Source of the DNA: an uncultured Bacteroidaceae bacterium
GTDB lineage: Bacteria > Bacteroidota > Bacteroidia > Bacteroidales > GCA-2748055
Assembly (NCBI GenBank): GCA_964539395.1
Contig: CAZIIU010000013.1
Span: 14,082-78,081 of the forward strand
Length of the DNA: 64,000 nucleotides
Direction: 5' to 3'
The translations under genes were made by a program, and so were the position numbers. The notes under the pieces were generated by a model that saw only the letters and a program-made list of their open reading frames with translations, did not search any database and was not told the origin of the DNA. Each line of letters begins with the position of its first letter. The first letter of the stretch is position 1. Positions 49,111-58,406 of this stretch are shown here, in pieces.

Positions 49111-49706
49111 CGTGTGACAGAATTGGATGGATCGGTCATGTTCCATGAAGCAGGTATACGGGGGATCGCCCACCTGAACAGGAGGTATACCAGGTAACCG
49201 CAGAGCATGCCTAACATGGCGCCCCCAAGAATATCCCCTGGATAGTGTACCCCGAGATAGATCCTGCTGTAGCTGACCAATGCGGCCCAGAACAACATAA
49301 CAGCTGCAAACCAATGCTTTCTGATAATAAGCAGCAGCAATATTGCCACACCGAAGCTATTGGCTGCATGTGAGGAGACAAATCCGTACAGTCCGCCACA
49401 CTTCCCATTCACCATGTGGACCATTCCCTCAAGCGCTGGCTCCCTGCAGGGTCGTAACCGTTCAAACACCTCCTTGAAAAGATGTACGGAAGCCTGGTCG
49501 GTGAGTGTAATACAGAAGGTAATAAAAAGAATGATCGGGAAAATCTGCAGCCTCCTCTTCCAAGCCAAATAGGCCAAAAGCAACAGATAGAAGGGCCACC
49601 AGGTAACCTTACCGCTTATCCAAACCATAATCTTATCAAAGGTATCCGTATGAAAACCATTGAGAAACAGAAAAAGCTGAGTGTCGATCTGGTTAAGTGT
49701 ATCCAA
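49107..49706 (-). CDS. PAP2-family membrane phosphatase (undecaprenyl-diphosphatase-like)
   Basis: 199 aa. PAP2 motifs SFVSSHAANSFG and SRIYLGVHYPGDILGG. Confidence 0.8.
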   Translation of the reverse strand: MDTLNQIDTQLFLFLNGFHTDTFDKIMVWISGKVTWWPFYLLLLAYLAWKRRLQIFPIILFITFCITLTDQASVHLFKEVFERLRPCREPALEGMVHMVNGKCGGLYGFVSSHAANSFGVAILLLLIIRKHWFAAVMLFWAALVSYSRIYLGVHYPGDILGGAMLGMLCGYLVYLLFRWAIPRIPASWNMTDPSNSVTR

Positions 49707-49729
49707 GTTTTGTGTTACTGAGGGTTCTC

Positions 49730-51673
49730 CTAATGCTCCCCGTTGTGCTCCTCGTAGTCGGCCATATTGCTGAAGGCATACCGGTAATTCATCGGAACGA
49801 TCTCATTGTAATCCTCAACGCTGGCATCCGAAAGGCAGGCATCAATAATGCGCTTGCCGGTATTCAGCAAGTCTTCCTTCAGGTATTTCTGTAGCTCCTC
49901 CTTAAAAAACTTTGTAAGAATCTCTGCACCAGCATCATACCCTTCAGTTCCTACTTCAGTCTGGTTATACACCTTCAGAAACCTTGAAGGTATTTTTGAT
50001 CCCTCAATCGTCATAAAATTCAGCTGATAACCTAATAACGGACAACGGGCCGGTTCGTACTGATCTGTTTTGAGTCGCGCCACACCCCGACGGGTAAGAT
50101 ATTCACGCATAAGCAATTGGGGCTTAAAACCTACCTCCCATACACCAATATTCTGGTTGGGTACCAGGGTGAAGGTGGTACGAGGTGTTTCAATGATCTG
50201 CTTCAACAGCATATTGGCATGACTGGTCCTCATACCGGTGGCAAATGGCCAATAGGAGCCTACTCCTTCACTTTCCATGTTCCCTGTCCCTACTATACTT
50301 GGATTGTTATGCCCACGCGGGGCAACCAGCCGCCAGAGCCATGCCAGTGCAGGGGGAAGAATGTGGTAGAGTCCCATAATACCATATGTCGGATTTTCCC
50401 TGGAACAGGGTGGGGTGCGAATGCCAAAACTCCTGATATCAACCGATACTGGCTTCTCGATAACATTGGGAACGCAATTCCGGGGCAAAACAACTCTCGG
50501 GTTGGGACAACGTTTACCCGGTTGATCCTCAATATGTTCCCAAACAAGGGCGGTAGATTCCGATTTTGCATCTATATTCAGGAAAAGTAAGGGCTTTGTG
50601 GGTTGAATTGTGATCTTCTCCAGGAAAGGATCATCACCATAATGCTTGATGCTGTCGACCCGGATAAACCAAGCGTTTTCTGCATCAAGAATTCTTAGCT
50701 TTCCATCATTTCGTTGAAGAGAGGGATGGCAAAATGCCATGTCATCCGCAACAGGATTAAAGGAACAGAACCTTGGAATCGTGATGTAACGCTCCTCACC
50801 TGTGATCCTGTTCTTTCCCAACGTTACTCTTCCATCTGGCTCCCTGAGTATATGCTGGTGAAGCTCACTTTTACCTCCGCCGCTGGCCCCCTCATGCATG
50901 AAAGTTGTAACATTGTCATAAGGACTCACCGATTGAACTGCCGAACAGTGGGCAGTGACCCAGCCTTCCCGCTCACCCTGATCAAGAATGACACTGTAAA
51001 GTCCCTTTTTTGCACTTGGTCCCGGATACAGATTATATGAGTATATCTCATGCAGTTTTTTGTTCCGCTTATGCACAACCACCTGCTTACCATTAAAATG
51101 GGTATGCCTGAATAAAGGAGCCACATAGATAACCGATTGTATTTCCGAACCTTCCTTCAAACGATCTACTGAGACCATCTCCTGCAACATCGATAAACCC
51201 ATGGCAAAAAAGGCAGCATTGGCAGGTGCAATCGCTATTCCAAGAGAACCGATTCCCATTCTGCCTGCAAAGTAAAAGAATACTGCCAACTCCTGCTGTT
51301 TTAACCATTCAAAGGTCTCCTCCTGGAGCTTTGAAAACTCATAACCGTACTTATCCCTGAAAGTCTTTTTATCAGTAGGAAGGTCATCAGCGATTGCCAT
51401 GGTTCCCGGATCTCTGCGCCGCATGTATGGCTCGGTATAATTTGCAGCAATACCGTTCTTTACCTTCTGAACTATTACCTCTGTATACTTGCCCTTTCCC
51501 GGCACATCATAGTCAACTTCAAAATAAACATTTTCCTTACCATTGGTGGAGGCATCGACCAACTCATCAGTGGTATTGAAAACAGTAAAAGCCTTGCACG
51601 ATTTTAGCAGGTCTGATATTTCCGGAGACAATGCAATCTCCTTCTCTTCAAGGGTAGTAAATAGTTCATGCAT
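49730..51673 (-). CDS. Uncharacterised ~647-aa P-loop protein with PEP-carboxykinase/HprK-like motif spacing
   Basis: Walker A-like HEGASGGGKSELH is followed ~40 aa later by VADDMAF and ...LDAENAWFIRV. This echoes the PEPCK layout GLSGTGKTTLS...IGDDEHGW...FEGGCYAK. I chose ATG 51671-51673 (MHELFTTLEE) because a TAATTTTG box lies inside the TTG-started extension. It may correspond to a DUF family (DUF4914?), but that is recollection only. Confidence 0.65.
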   Translation of the reverse strand: MHELFTTLEEKEIALSPEISDLLKSCKAFTVFNTTDELVDASTNGKENVYFEVDYDVPGKGKYTEVIVQKVKNGIAANYTEPYMRRRDPGTMAIADDLPTDKKTFRDKYGYEFSKLQEETFEWLKQQELAVFFYFAGRMGIGSLGIAIAPANAAFFAMGLSMLQEMVSVDRLKEGSEIQSVIYVAPLFRHTHFNGKQVVVHKRNKKLHEIYSYNLYPGPSAKKGLYSVILDQGEREGWVTAHCSAVQSVSPYDNVTTFMHEGASGGGKSELHQHILREPDGRVTLGKNRITGEERYITIPRFCSFNPVADDMAFCHPSLQRNDGKLRILDAENAWFIRVDSIKHYGDDPFLEKITIQPTKPLLFLNIDAKSESTALVWEHIEDQPGKRCPNPRVVLPRNCVPNVIEKPVSVDIRSFGIRTPPCSRENPTYGIMGLYHILPPALAWLWRLVAPRGHNNPSIVGTGNMESEGVGSYWPFATGMRTSHANMLLKQIIETPRTTFTLVPNQNIGVWEVGFKPQLLMREYLTRRGVARLKTDQYEPARCPLLGYQLNFMTIEGSKIPSRFLKVYNQTEVGTEGYDAGAEILTKFFKEELQKYLKEDLLNTGKRIIDACLSDASVEDYNEIVPMNYRYAFSNMADYEEHNGEH

Positions 51674-51691
51674 AATAATCTGAATTTTTGG

Positions 51692-51699
51692 CAAAATTA
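51692..51699 (-). promoter_or_regulatory. -7 promoter box TAATTTTG (minus strand) for the P-loop/PAP2/lplA cluster
   Basis: Plus strand reads CAAAATTA at 51692-51699, 18 nt upstream of ATG 51673. Confidence 0.45.
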
Positions 51700-51884
51700 G
51701 GATTTTTTCTCTCAATTGTAACCGTTTTCTTGTTAAAAACGATTTATTCTAACAAAAGATGAATCATTGCTATATTTCTTTAATACCCTGGCACTCCGCC
51801 AGAAACGACAGACAGAAAGAGATGACATATGCTCCGGCTCAGGCGTCCCGAATAAGAATGGTACAGCAACCGATCACCGGAAAG

Positions 51885-52883
51885 CTATTCCGGCAACCTG
51901 TTCAGTAAATCCCAGATCCGGTCATTCAGCTCAATAAGTCCCTGGTTGGCAATTGAAGAAATAAAAACCATTGGCACATCCGGAAGCTCCCGGCTGATCT
52001 CAGACATCAATTCCTGATCGAGCATGTCCGACTTCGTTATGGCCAGCATCCGCCGCTTATCGAGTAATTCGGGATTATACTCTCTGAGCTCATTTACAAG
52101 AACTTCGTACTCATTACAAATATTGTCGCTATCAGCCGGTACCATAAAAAGCAACATTGAGTTTCTTTCAATATGTCTCAGGAAGCGGAGCCCCAATCCT
52201 TTACCTTCACTTGCCCCCTCTATGATTCCCGGAATATCAGCCATTACAAAAGACCTGCCATCACGATATTTGACTATACCGAGGTTGGGGACCAGCGTAG
52301 TAAATGGGTAATCGGCAATCTTTGGTTTTGCAGCAGAAAGAACTGATAACAAGGTTGATTTTCCGGCATTGGGAAATCCTACCAGTCCAACATCAGCAAG
52401 AAGTTTCAATTCCAAAATCACCCATCCCTCCCTGCCCTCCTCTCCTGGTTGGGCAAACCTGGGGGTCTGGAAGGTGGATGACTTAAAATGGTCATTGCCC
52501 AATCCACCCCGGCCACCCTCCATCACTATCTGCTTCTCCCCATCATTGGTGATCTCGAATAATTGCTCTCCTGTCTCATCCAGCCTGACCACGGTACCCA
52601 GGGGAACATCAATTATTACATCCTTTCCGTCGGCACCCGTTTTCAGGGAGGCGCCTCCGGAATCTCCGTCAGTGGCAAAAATATGCTTCTGGTATTTCAG
52701 GTGCAGCAACGTCCAGAACTGGCTGTTGCCTCTCAGTATCACATGACCCCCTCTGCCGCCGTCACCACCGTCGGGTCCCCCCTTCCGGGTGAATTTATCG
52801 CGGTGAAGATGTGCTGAACCTGCCCCTCCCTTGCCGGAGCGACAAAAGATCTTCACATAATCGACAAAGTTGGAATTGCTCAT
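51885..52883 (-). CDS. obg: GTPase Obg/CgtA
   Basis: 332 aa. [18 protein letters not shown]...[16 protein letters not shown] and G1 GFPNAGKST. Confidence 0.95.
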   Translation of the reverse strand: MSNSNFVDYVKIFCRSGKGGAGSAHLHRDKFTRKGGPDGGDGGRGGHVILRGNSQFWTLLHLKYQKHIFATDGDSGGASLKTGADGKDVIIDVPLGTVVRLDETGEQLFEITNDGEKQIVMEGGRGGLGNDHFKSSTFQTPRFAQPGEEGREGWVILELKLLADVGLVGFPNAGKSTLLSVLSAAKPKIADYPFTTLVPNLGIVKYRDGRSFVMADIPGIIEGASEGKGLGLRFLRHIERNSMLLFMVPADSDNICNEYEVLVNELREYNPELLDKRRMLAITKSDMLDQELMSEISRELPDVPMVFISSIANQGLIELNDRIWDLLNRLPE

Positions 52884-52903
52884 GTTGCAAATTTATCGAC
52901 ATC

Positions 52904-53512
52904 TCATGAACCAATTGCACCTTCTCCGGGTTGATGAAACTTCTCGAAGCCATCAATTTTTTTAACTATTCGCTTAAAGATATCCTCAATACTACCTGTA
53001 CCATCCACCGGTACATACTTATGCATCTTCTCATAATAATAAATTACCGGAATCGTTTGACGTTCATACACATCAATCCGGTTATTAATGGTCTCCTCGT
53101 TGTCATCCGACCTGCCGGTCTCTTCACCCCGCTTCAACAAACGGATCAGCAATTCTTCACGCGGTACCTCCAGGGAGATCAGCATTGTAACACGCTCATC
53201 ATAATCTGTCAGCGCTTTTCTAAGCTCTCTGGCCTGTTCAACGGTACGAGGAAATCCGTCGAAGACAAAACCAGGACCATCTTTGTGTTCCTTCAGTTTT
53301 TTATCGATCATCCCGATCACGATATCATCGGGCACCAATTCACCTGCATCCATTATCTTCTTTGCTTCAATCCCCAGTTGCGTCTGTTGAGCAACTTCGT
53401 TCCTCAGCAGATCTCCAGTTGAGATATGTATAAGTTTATATTTCTCGATCAGTTTTTCCGCCTGTGTCCCTTTCCCTGATCCCGGAGGTCCGAATAATAC
53501 AATGTTTAGCAT
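52904..53512 (-). CDS. adk: Adenylate kinase
   Basis: 202 aa. MLNIVLFGPPGSGKGTQAEKL. Confidence 0.95.
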   Translation of the reverse strand: MLNIVLFGPPGSGKGTQAEKLIEKYKLIHISTGDLLRNEVAQQTQLGIEAKKIMDAGELVPDDIVIGMIDKKLKEHKDGPGFVFDGFPRTVEQARELRKALTDYDERVTMLISLEVPREELLIRLLKRGEETGRSDDNEETINNRIDVYERQTIPVIYYYEKMHKYVPVDGTGSIEDIFKRIVKKIDGFEKFHQPGEGAIGS

Positions 53513-53570
53513 TTTTTAATATTGTTTAGTATAATTTGATTAAGTATACACAAAATTAATAATCTTACGG

Positions 53571-54116
53571 CTATTCTTTCACTATTGTATAAATTTTAGG
53601 AAGATTTCTTGCGTAACCGTTATAATCAAGCCCATACCCAATCACAAATTCATTCGGGATTTCGAAACCAACATAGTCGAGCCTGATCTCCTTCATCAAT
53701 GCATCCGGTTTATGTAAAAGGGTTGCTATAAGGATCTCCTTAGGTTCGTATCCGCTGAGTTGTCGCAGTATAGTGTCAAGCGTAATCCCTGTATCAACGA
53801 TATCTTCGAGCAAAACAACAGTTCTGTCCTTCAAATCCTGGCTAATCCCGATCAATTGCCGCACCGAACCCGAGGTCTTCACACCCTCGTAAGAGGCAAG
53901 TTTCAGAAATGTAATCTGACAGGGAAAAGTAATCAGCTTAAAAAGATCGCTGGCAAACATGAACGCCCCATTCAGAATGCCAAGGAAGATCGGGTTTTTT
54001 TCGGCCAGGTCCTGGTTCATCTGTCCGGCAATGCGGCTAATTTCCTGTTGGATGGCCTCTTCCTGAATCGAAATCTTGAAGGTCTGGTCAAGGACACTGA
54101 TGCTGTTTTCTGACAT
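53571..54116 (-). CDS. hpt: Hypoxanthine phosphoribosyltransferase
   Basis: PRPP-binding motif VVLLEDIVDTGITL. I chose the internal ATG (MSENSISVLDQ, 181 aa). The 39-aa extension in the ORF track (MFKCFEAFVKL...) is not HPRT-like. Confidence 0.85.
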   Translation of the reverse strand: MSENSISVLDQTFKISIQEEAIQQEISRIAGQMNQDLAEKNPIFLGILNGAFMFASDLFKLITFPCQITFLKLASYEGVKTSGSVRQLIGISQDLKDRTVVLLEDIVDTGITLDTILRQLSGYEPKEILIATLLHKPDALMKEIRLDYVGFEIPNEFVIGYGLDYNGYARNLPKIYTIVKE

Positions 54117-54387
54117 GCAGGAGTCGTTTTTGCGAAGATAAAAAAAATAGGCGAGATAAGGGCAATGGAACCAGATAGTTGATCCCGGATCAAAACCGGG
54201 TAATTTTACAAATGCTTCAAAACATTTAAACATTAACTGCTTTTCAACAGAATAACATTGCTTAATCTATCATTGACAAATAAATACACGTACGATCTGA
54301 ATACTTTTCTTCAGGGTTTCAGTAAAATTTCCGAAATTTGCCTGCCAGGAATACGATATTTACAAACCAGAAAACATTAACAGACAG

Positions 54388-54903
54388 ATGAAGAAACCAA
54401 GGGTAAGCATTATTATGGGATCAACTTCCGACCTTCCGATTATGGAGAAGGCGGCTAAGGTCCTCGACGAATTTGAAATTCCATTTGAAATTAACGCTCT
54501 TTCGGCACACCGCACACCACAGCAGGCAATGGACTTTGCACGTGGTGCATACGATCGGGGAATTCGGGTGATCATCGCAGGTGCAGGCGGTGCAGCACAT
54601 CTCCCGGGTGTTGTAGCAGCACTCACTCCTGTGCCGGTCATCGGAGTTCCCATCAAGGCATCCATTTCGCTCGACGGGTGGGATTCTCTGCTCTCTATCG
54701 TACAGATGCCTCCCGGAATACCGGTAGCTACTGTCGGAATCGATGGTGCACAGAATGCAGGGATTCTAGCCGCGCAGATGATTGCAACGGGCGATGAAAC
54801 TGTACTAGAGAAGGTGAAGAAGTTTAAGACCGGACTCGAAACTAAAATCGTAAAGGCAAACGAAGAGCTGAAGGAGGTTAAATTCAGGTTCAAGACAAAC
54901 TAG
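54388..54903 (+). CDS. purE: 5-(carboxyamino)imidazole ribonucleotide mutase
   Basis: 171 aa. VSIIMGSTSDLPIM and AGGAAHLPGVVAA are typical of PurE. Confidence 0.95.
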   Translation: MKKPRVSIIMGSTSDLPIMEKAAKVLDEFEIPFEINALSAHRTPQQAMDFARGAYDRGIRVIIAGAGGAAHLPGVVAALTPVPVIGVPIKASISLDGWDSLLSIVQMPPGIPVATVGIDGAQNAGILAAQMIATGDETVLEKVKKFKTGLETKIVKANEELKEVKFRFKTN

Positions 54904-54933
54904 TAGATGCGCCCCTTGAAAAACTGAGGCAAT

Positions 54934-55779
54934 ATGAAATACGCACGCATTACGCGGGCAATCATCAGACCGGAAATCATCATTCCGGTCTTTTTTTTGT
55001 CCTTTATTCACATGACTGCCGGACAATCGCTTCTCCCGGGAGCTCGCAGCCTGGCCCTGGGAACTATCAGCGCGGTCAGTGATCCTTCCGCGCAACCTCC
55101 ACAAAATCCGGCCCTGCTCGGGCATACCGATAGCCGGTCATTTTCTGCCAGTCATGCACGACCATTTGTACTAAAAGAATTTGGAGTCTCCTCTATGGAA
55201 GCTGTAATCCCCGCAAATACAGGTGCGTTTCAATTCAGGATAAAATCATACGGATTAAAGGGTTACAGGATCTTTGCCTCTGAACTGGGATTTGGCATGC
55301 CCCTGTCCGAAAAGATCGCTGCGGGAATACTATTCAACTATCGCAATACCGCTACCCCGGAGCACTGGAATTATCTCTGGACCATCTCACCCGGGGCAGG
55401 CATATATTTTATAATCTCACCCCGCACCTCAATCGCTCTGTTGCTGAATAGCCCGGTATCTCAAGGAAACTACCCCGAATACGGTCCGCTCCTCCCATCT
55501 GCCCTTTCCATCGGTCTCTCCCATGAAATCTACCACTACACCACCCTGTTGTCAGAGGTCACATGCCTGACCCCAAAGACACTCAGGGTTAAAACCGGAC
55601 TTGAATACCGCATAAATCAGACCATTGTGCTCCTTGCAGGTTACCATTCGGAGCCCCACGCATTCTCTTTTGGTGCTGCACTGGAGCGTGGCTCACTGCA
55701 GATCGACATTGCTTACTGCTGGATGTCCATCCCCGGCATCATTCCGGCCGTCACCCTTTCATATACTCCCCTGCAATGA
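54934..55779 (+). CDS. Putative outer-membrane beta-barrel protein (PorV/PorQ/FadL-like N-terminal motif)
   Basis: 281 aa. Signal peptide IIIPVFFLSFIHMTAGQ, then LLPGARSLALGTISAV, which resembles the N-terminal strand of PorV/PorQ-type barrels. The rest is beta-rich. ATGA overlap with the next gene. Confidence 0.55.
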   Translation: MKYARITRAIIRPEIIIPVFFLSFIHMTAGQSLLPGARSLALGTISAVSDPSAQPPQNPALLGHTDSRSFSASHARPFVLKEFGVSSMEAVIPANTGAFQFRIKSYGLKGYRIFASELGFGMPLSEKIAAGILFNYRNTATPEHWNYLWTISPGAGIYFIISPRTSIALLLNSPVSQGNYPEYGPLLPSALSIGLSHEIYHYTTLLSEVTCLTPKTLRVKTGLEYRINQTIVLLAGYHSEPHAFSFGAALERGSLQIDIAYCWMSIPGIIPAVTLSYTPLQ

Positions 55780-57782
55780 AAAAGATACTGCTCATCACTC
55801 TTGTCCCGATGCTCCTTCATCCCTGCCAAGGCCAGGAAACTCCCATCTTCGAGGATCTCATGCAAAGATTGGCTGAATACGATGAAGAAACAGGCCAGGA
55901 ACTGGCTCATGAAATGTTCGCCGAACTCCTTCGTCAACCGCTCAACCTCAACACCTGTTCTGAAAGCGATCTGAATGCATCCGGTCTCTTCTCACCCTTC
56001 CAGGTATATGGCATCCTTAAATACCGGCAAACGTACGGACCGTTTTTCAGCATCTACGAGCTCATGGTTATCCCCGGATTTTCGACGAATCTGCTGAGAA
56101 ATATCGCTTCGCTGATCACCCTGTCGGCCGGGCCTGCAAATACTGTACATCCGGCTCCCAGGGGAATGCTGCTGACCAATATGGCGGTCAGGCTACCGGC
56201 CTCTGCAGCATACCTTGCCGACTCTTCCGGGCTTCCGGCTTATCCCGGATCGCCATTCAAATACATTGGCAGGCTTAAGGTAGATGCGGGTGATCGGTGG
56301 TCTGCCGCAGCAGCGTTTGAAAAAGATCCCGGCGAACGATATATGAACAAAAGCCGGCCCGAACATTTCACCAGTAACGTGGTGTATAAAGGCAACAGAT
56401 GGCTCAGGAAATTGATCATGGGAAATTACAGGATCCACAGGGGGATGGGACTTGTCCATGGATTGGGTTTTCAAACAACCGGTGACGGAATTTTTAGCGG
56501 TGGATACAGAAGGTCATATGCAAAGGCATTTGCGTCGACAATGGAGTATGACTATTACCGGGGAGGCTATGCTGAACTGGCAACCGGACGGTGGAGTGCA
56601 GACCTTTTCTTTTCCGTAAAACCGGAGGACATCTCGCTGTTCAGGTTGAAAGGTCCGGCCGACCTGTTCGACCAGGTCAGGAAAACCGGACTGCATCGTA
56701 CAGAATCCGAACGTAACGGTACCGGCCTGGCAAGACAACAAGTTGTCGGCTTTTCTTTAAACCGCTCGACCAACAGTTGGTACCTTGGAATGGCCGTCAC
56801 CGGCACATCAATGAAGCTCACAGCGCACGGGCGCGATTCAGTGGAGCGAATTGCTCCGGGTATTTTCAAAACCTTACCCAGAGGGGCAATCTCAATCTAT
56901 GGTGTAGCTTTTGGTAACAAATATGAGTTGTTTGGTGAGGCTGCGATGGACCAACATACCGGCTGGGCTATGATAGCCGGTGGAACATTTGAGGTAAACC
57001 CGGCACTGCAGCCATACTTTTCATTCCGCTGTTACCAACCGGGATATTCCGGGTTAACCCCGAATGCATACTGTGCCGCGACCCGCCCTGAGAATGAAAC
57101 AGCCCTCAACCTGGGTGTTAATATTGTTCCCTTCGATCATGCGAGGTTACTTTTAAACTCTGATTTTTCGCATAAAAAAAATCTGCCGGGTAAACCCGCT
57201 GAACCGGGATTCTACATCCTTAACCACATGAAGATCAGTTATGTTATTAATGAGGAAGCAGAATTCGATATCAGGTTGACGGTGCGTTCAAAGTATGATT
57301 ACTTAGCCTCCGGCGAACCGGGTAATGATAAGTATCTCCCGGAACAGCAGTACCGGCTCCGTATCAATGGCAGGTACAACCTGTCTGAATACGTGATTCT
57401 TTCATCACGGTTGGAGCATTCGATGCTCAATTCAGGGGGAGTAATTCACAACGGTAAAATCCTCTACTCCCAAATCACAATTAAACCGTCAAAGAAAGTA
57501 CGGTGCACCTACCGGTACCTGGTATTCGACTCTGAATACTGGGAAAACCGTATATACGCCTATGAACCGGGTGTACGTTACAGCTTCCTTTTTCCGGCCT
57601 GGTACGGAAGCGGAAAAAGAAACCTGTTGGTGCTTTCGGCAAAACTGAACCGTTGGTTTACGGTAAGATCGAAGCTGGGCATAACAGCATACGACCACTG
57701 CCGTGAAACCGGTTCAGGAGATGATATTCGAATTGGCAACCGAGTTCTGGACGGTGAAATACAGATACAACTGGATTTTTAA
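55776..57782 (+). CDS. Secreted protein: ComEA-like helix-hairpin-helix module fused to a large outer-membrane beta-barrel
   Basis: 668 aa. Signal peptide MKKILLITLVPMLLHPCQGQ. LNLNTCSESDLNASGLFSPFQVYGILKYRQTYGPFFSIYELMVIPGFSTNLLRNI follows the ComEA 2xHhH pattern (iNiNtA..eL..l.Gi....A..Iv.yR...G.F.s..dL..V.Gi). About 550 aa of beta-rich sequence end ...EIQIQLDF (terminal Phe). Confidence 0.7.
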   Translation: MKKILLITLVPMLLHPCQGQETPIFEDLMQRLAEYDEETGQELAHEMFAELLRQPLNLNTCSESDLNASGLFSPFQVYGILKYRQTYGPFFSIYELMVIPGFSTNLLRNIASLITLSAGPANTVHPAPRGMLLTNMAVRLPASAAYLADSSGLPAYPGSPFKYIGRLKVDAGDRWSAAAAFEKDPGERYMNKSRPEHFTSNVVYKGNRWLRKLIMGNYRIHRGMGLVHGLGFQTTGDGIFSGGYRRSYAKAFASTMEYDYYRGGYAELATGRWSADLFFSVKPEDISLFRLKGPADLFDQVRKTGLHRTESERNGTGLARQQVVGFSLNRSTNSWYLGMAVTGTSMKLTAHGRDSVERIAPGIFKTLPRGAISIYGVAFGNKYELFGEAAMDQHTGWAMIAGGTFEVNPALQPYFSFRCYQPGYSGLTPNAYCAATRPENETALNLGVNIVPFDHARLLLNSDFSHKKNLPGKPAEPGFYILNHMKISYVINEEAEFDIRLTVRSKYDYLASGEPGNDKYLPEQQYRLRINGRYNLSEYVILSSRLEHSMLNSGGVIHNGKILYSQITIKPSKKVRCTYRYLVFDSEYWENRIYAYEPGVRYSFLFPAWYGSGKRNLLVLSAKLNRWFTVRSKLGITAYDHCRETGSGDDIRIGNRVLDGEIQIQLDF

Positions 57783-57886
57783 CAAGCCCTTTCTATTGCA
57801 GGCGACTTAACACCAGTTCAGATAAGATCATTTCAGATTGAACTCATAACCTGCCCCACTGAATGACATACTCCATTGCTATTTTT

Positions 57887-58207
57887 CTAATGCCTCTCCT
57901 TTTTTCGCCCACCGGCAATACCCTTTCCCCCCAGAAATCCCCAACCTCCGCTGCCAAGAACAAACCCAAAGGCATACCATACGCCATTGTTATTGGGAGC
58001 AAAAACCGCAACATCCTCACGCCAGATCATGGCGATCAGATCAATGGGTGCAATGATCCCATGCCAGAGACCGTTCCAGAATCCATAGGTTTTACCCTCT
58101 ACACAGGCTGAAACATCTTCATAGTTGGAACATCCTGAAAGAGCCAGAACAGCCAGGAGGGCCAGTGCCATGAACGGAAACACCGATCGTGCTTTATACA
58201 TTTTCAT
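57887..58207 (-). CDS. Small lipoprotein of unknown function
   Basis: 106 aa. MALALLAVLALSGC lipobox. Gly/aromatic-rich C-terminal half (GFVLGSGGWGFLGGKGIAGG) with a basic tail. Confidence 0.5.
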   Translation of the reverse strand: MKMYKARSVFPFMALALLAVLALSGCSNYEDVSACVEGKTYGFWNGLWHGIIAPIDLIAMIWREDVAVFAPNNNGVWYAFGFVLGSGGWGFLGGKGIAGGRKKERH

Positions 58208-58406
58208 GATTTGTTGAGTTGGTTAATACACACAGCCGTTTCAATTAATCTGCCTTACGACCCAAGGCGGCATTAAGATACTATGAATTTTTGGATATAT
58301 AGAGGAATTTAACCATGTTATGTCATGCTACTTCTGCCAGGTCTCAGCTCCAGCCTTTACAGCAGTGGCCCGTTCACTTTTCAGATCAGGTTAATACGGT
58401 ACAACA

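Noticed and set aside
54234-54387. Purine or ZTP riboswitch upstream of purE
   Set aside because: The AT-rich 150-nt gap shows no three-way-junction helices or conserved purine-riboswitch loops.
54360-54893. 177-aa minus-strand ORF, about as long as purE
   Set aside because: The plus-strand product is an unambiguous PurE (VSIIMGSTSDLPIM, AGGAAHLPGVVAA). The antisense product is Ala/Pro/Ser-rich with no motifs.
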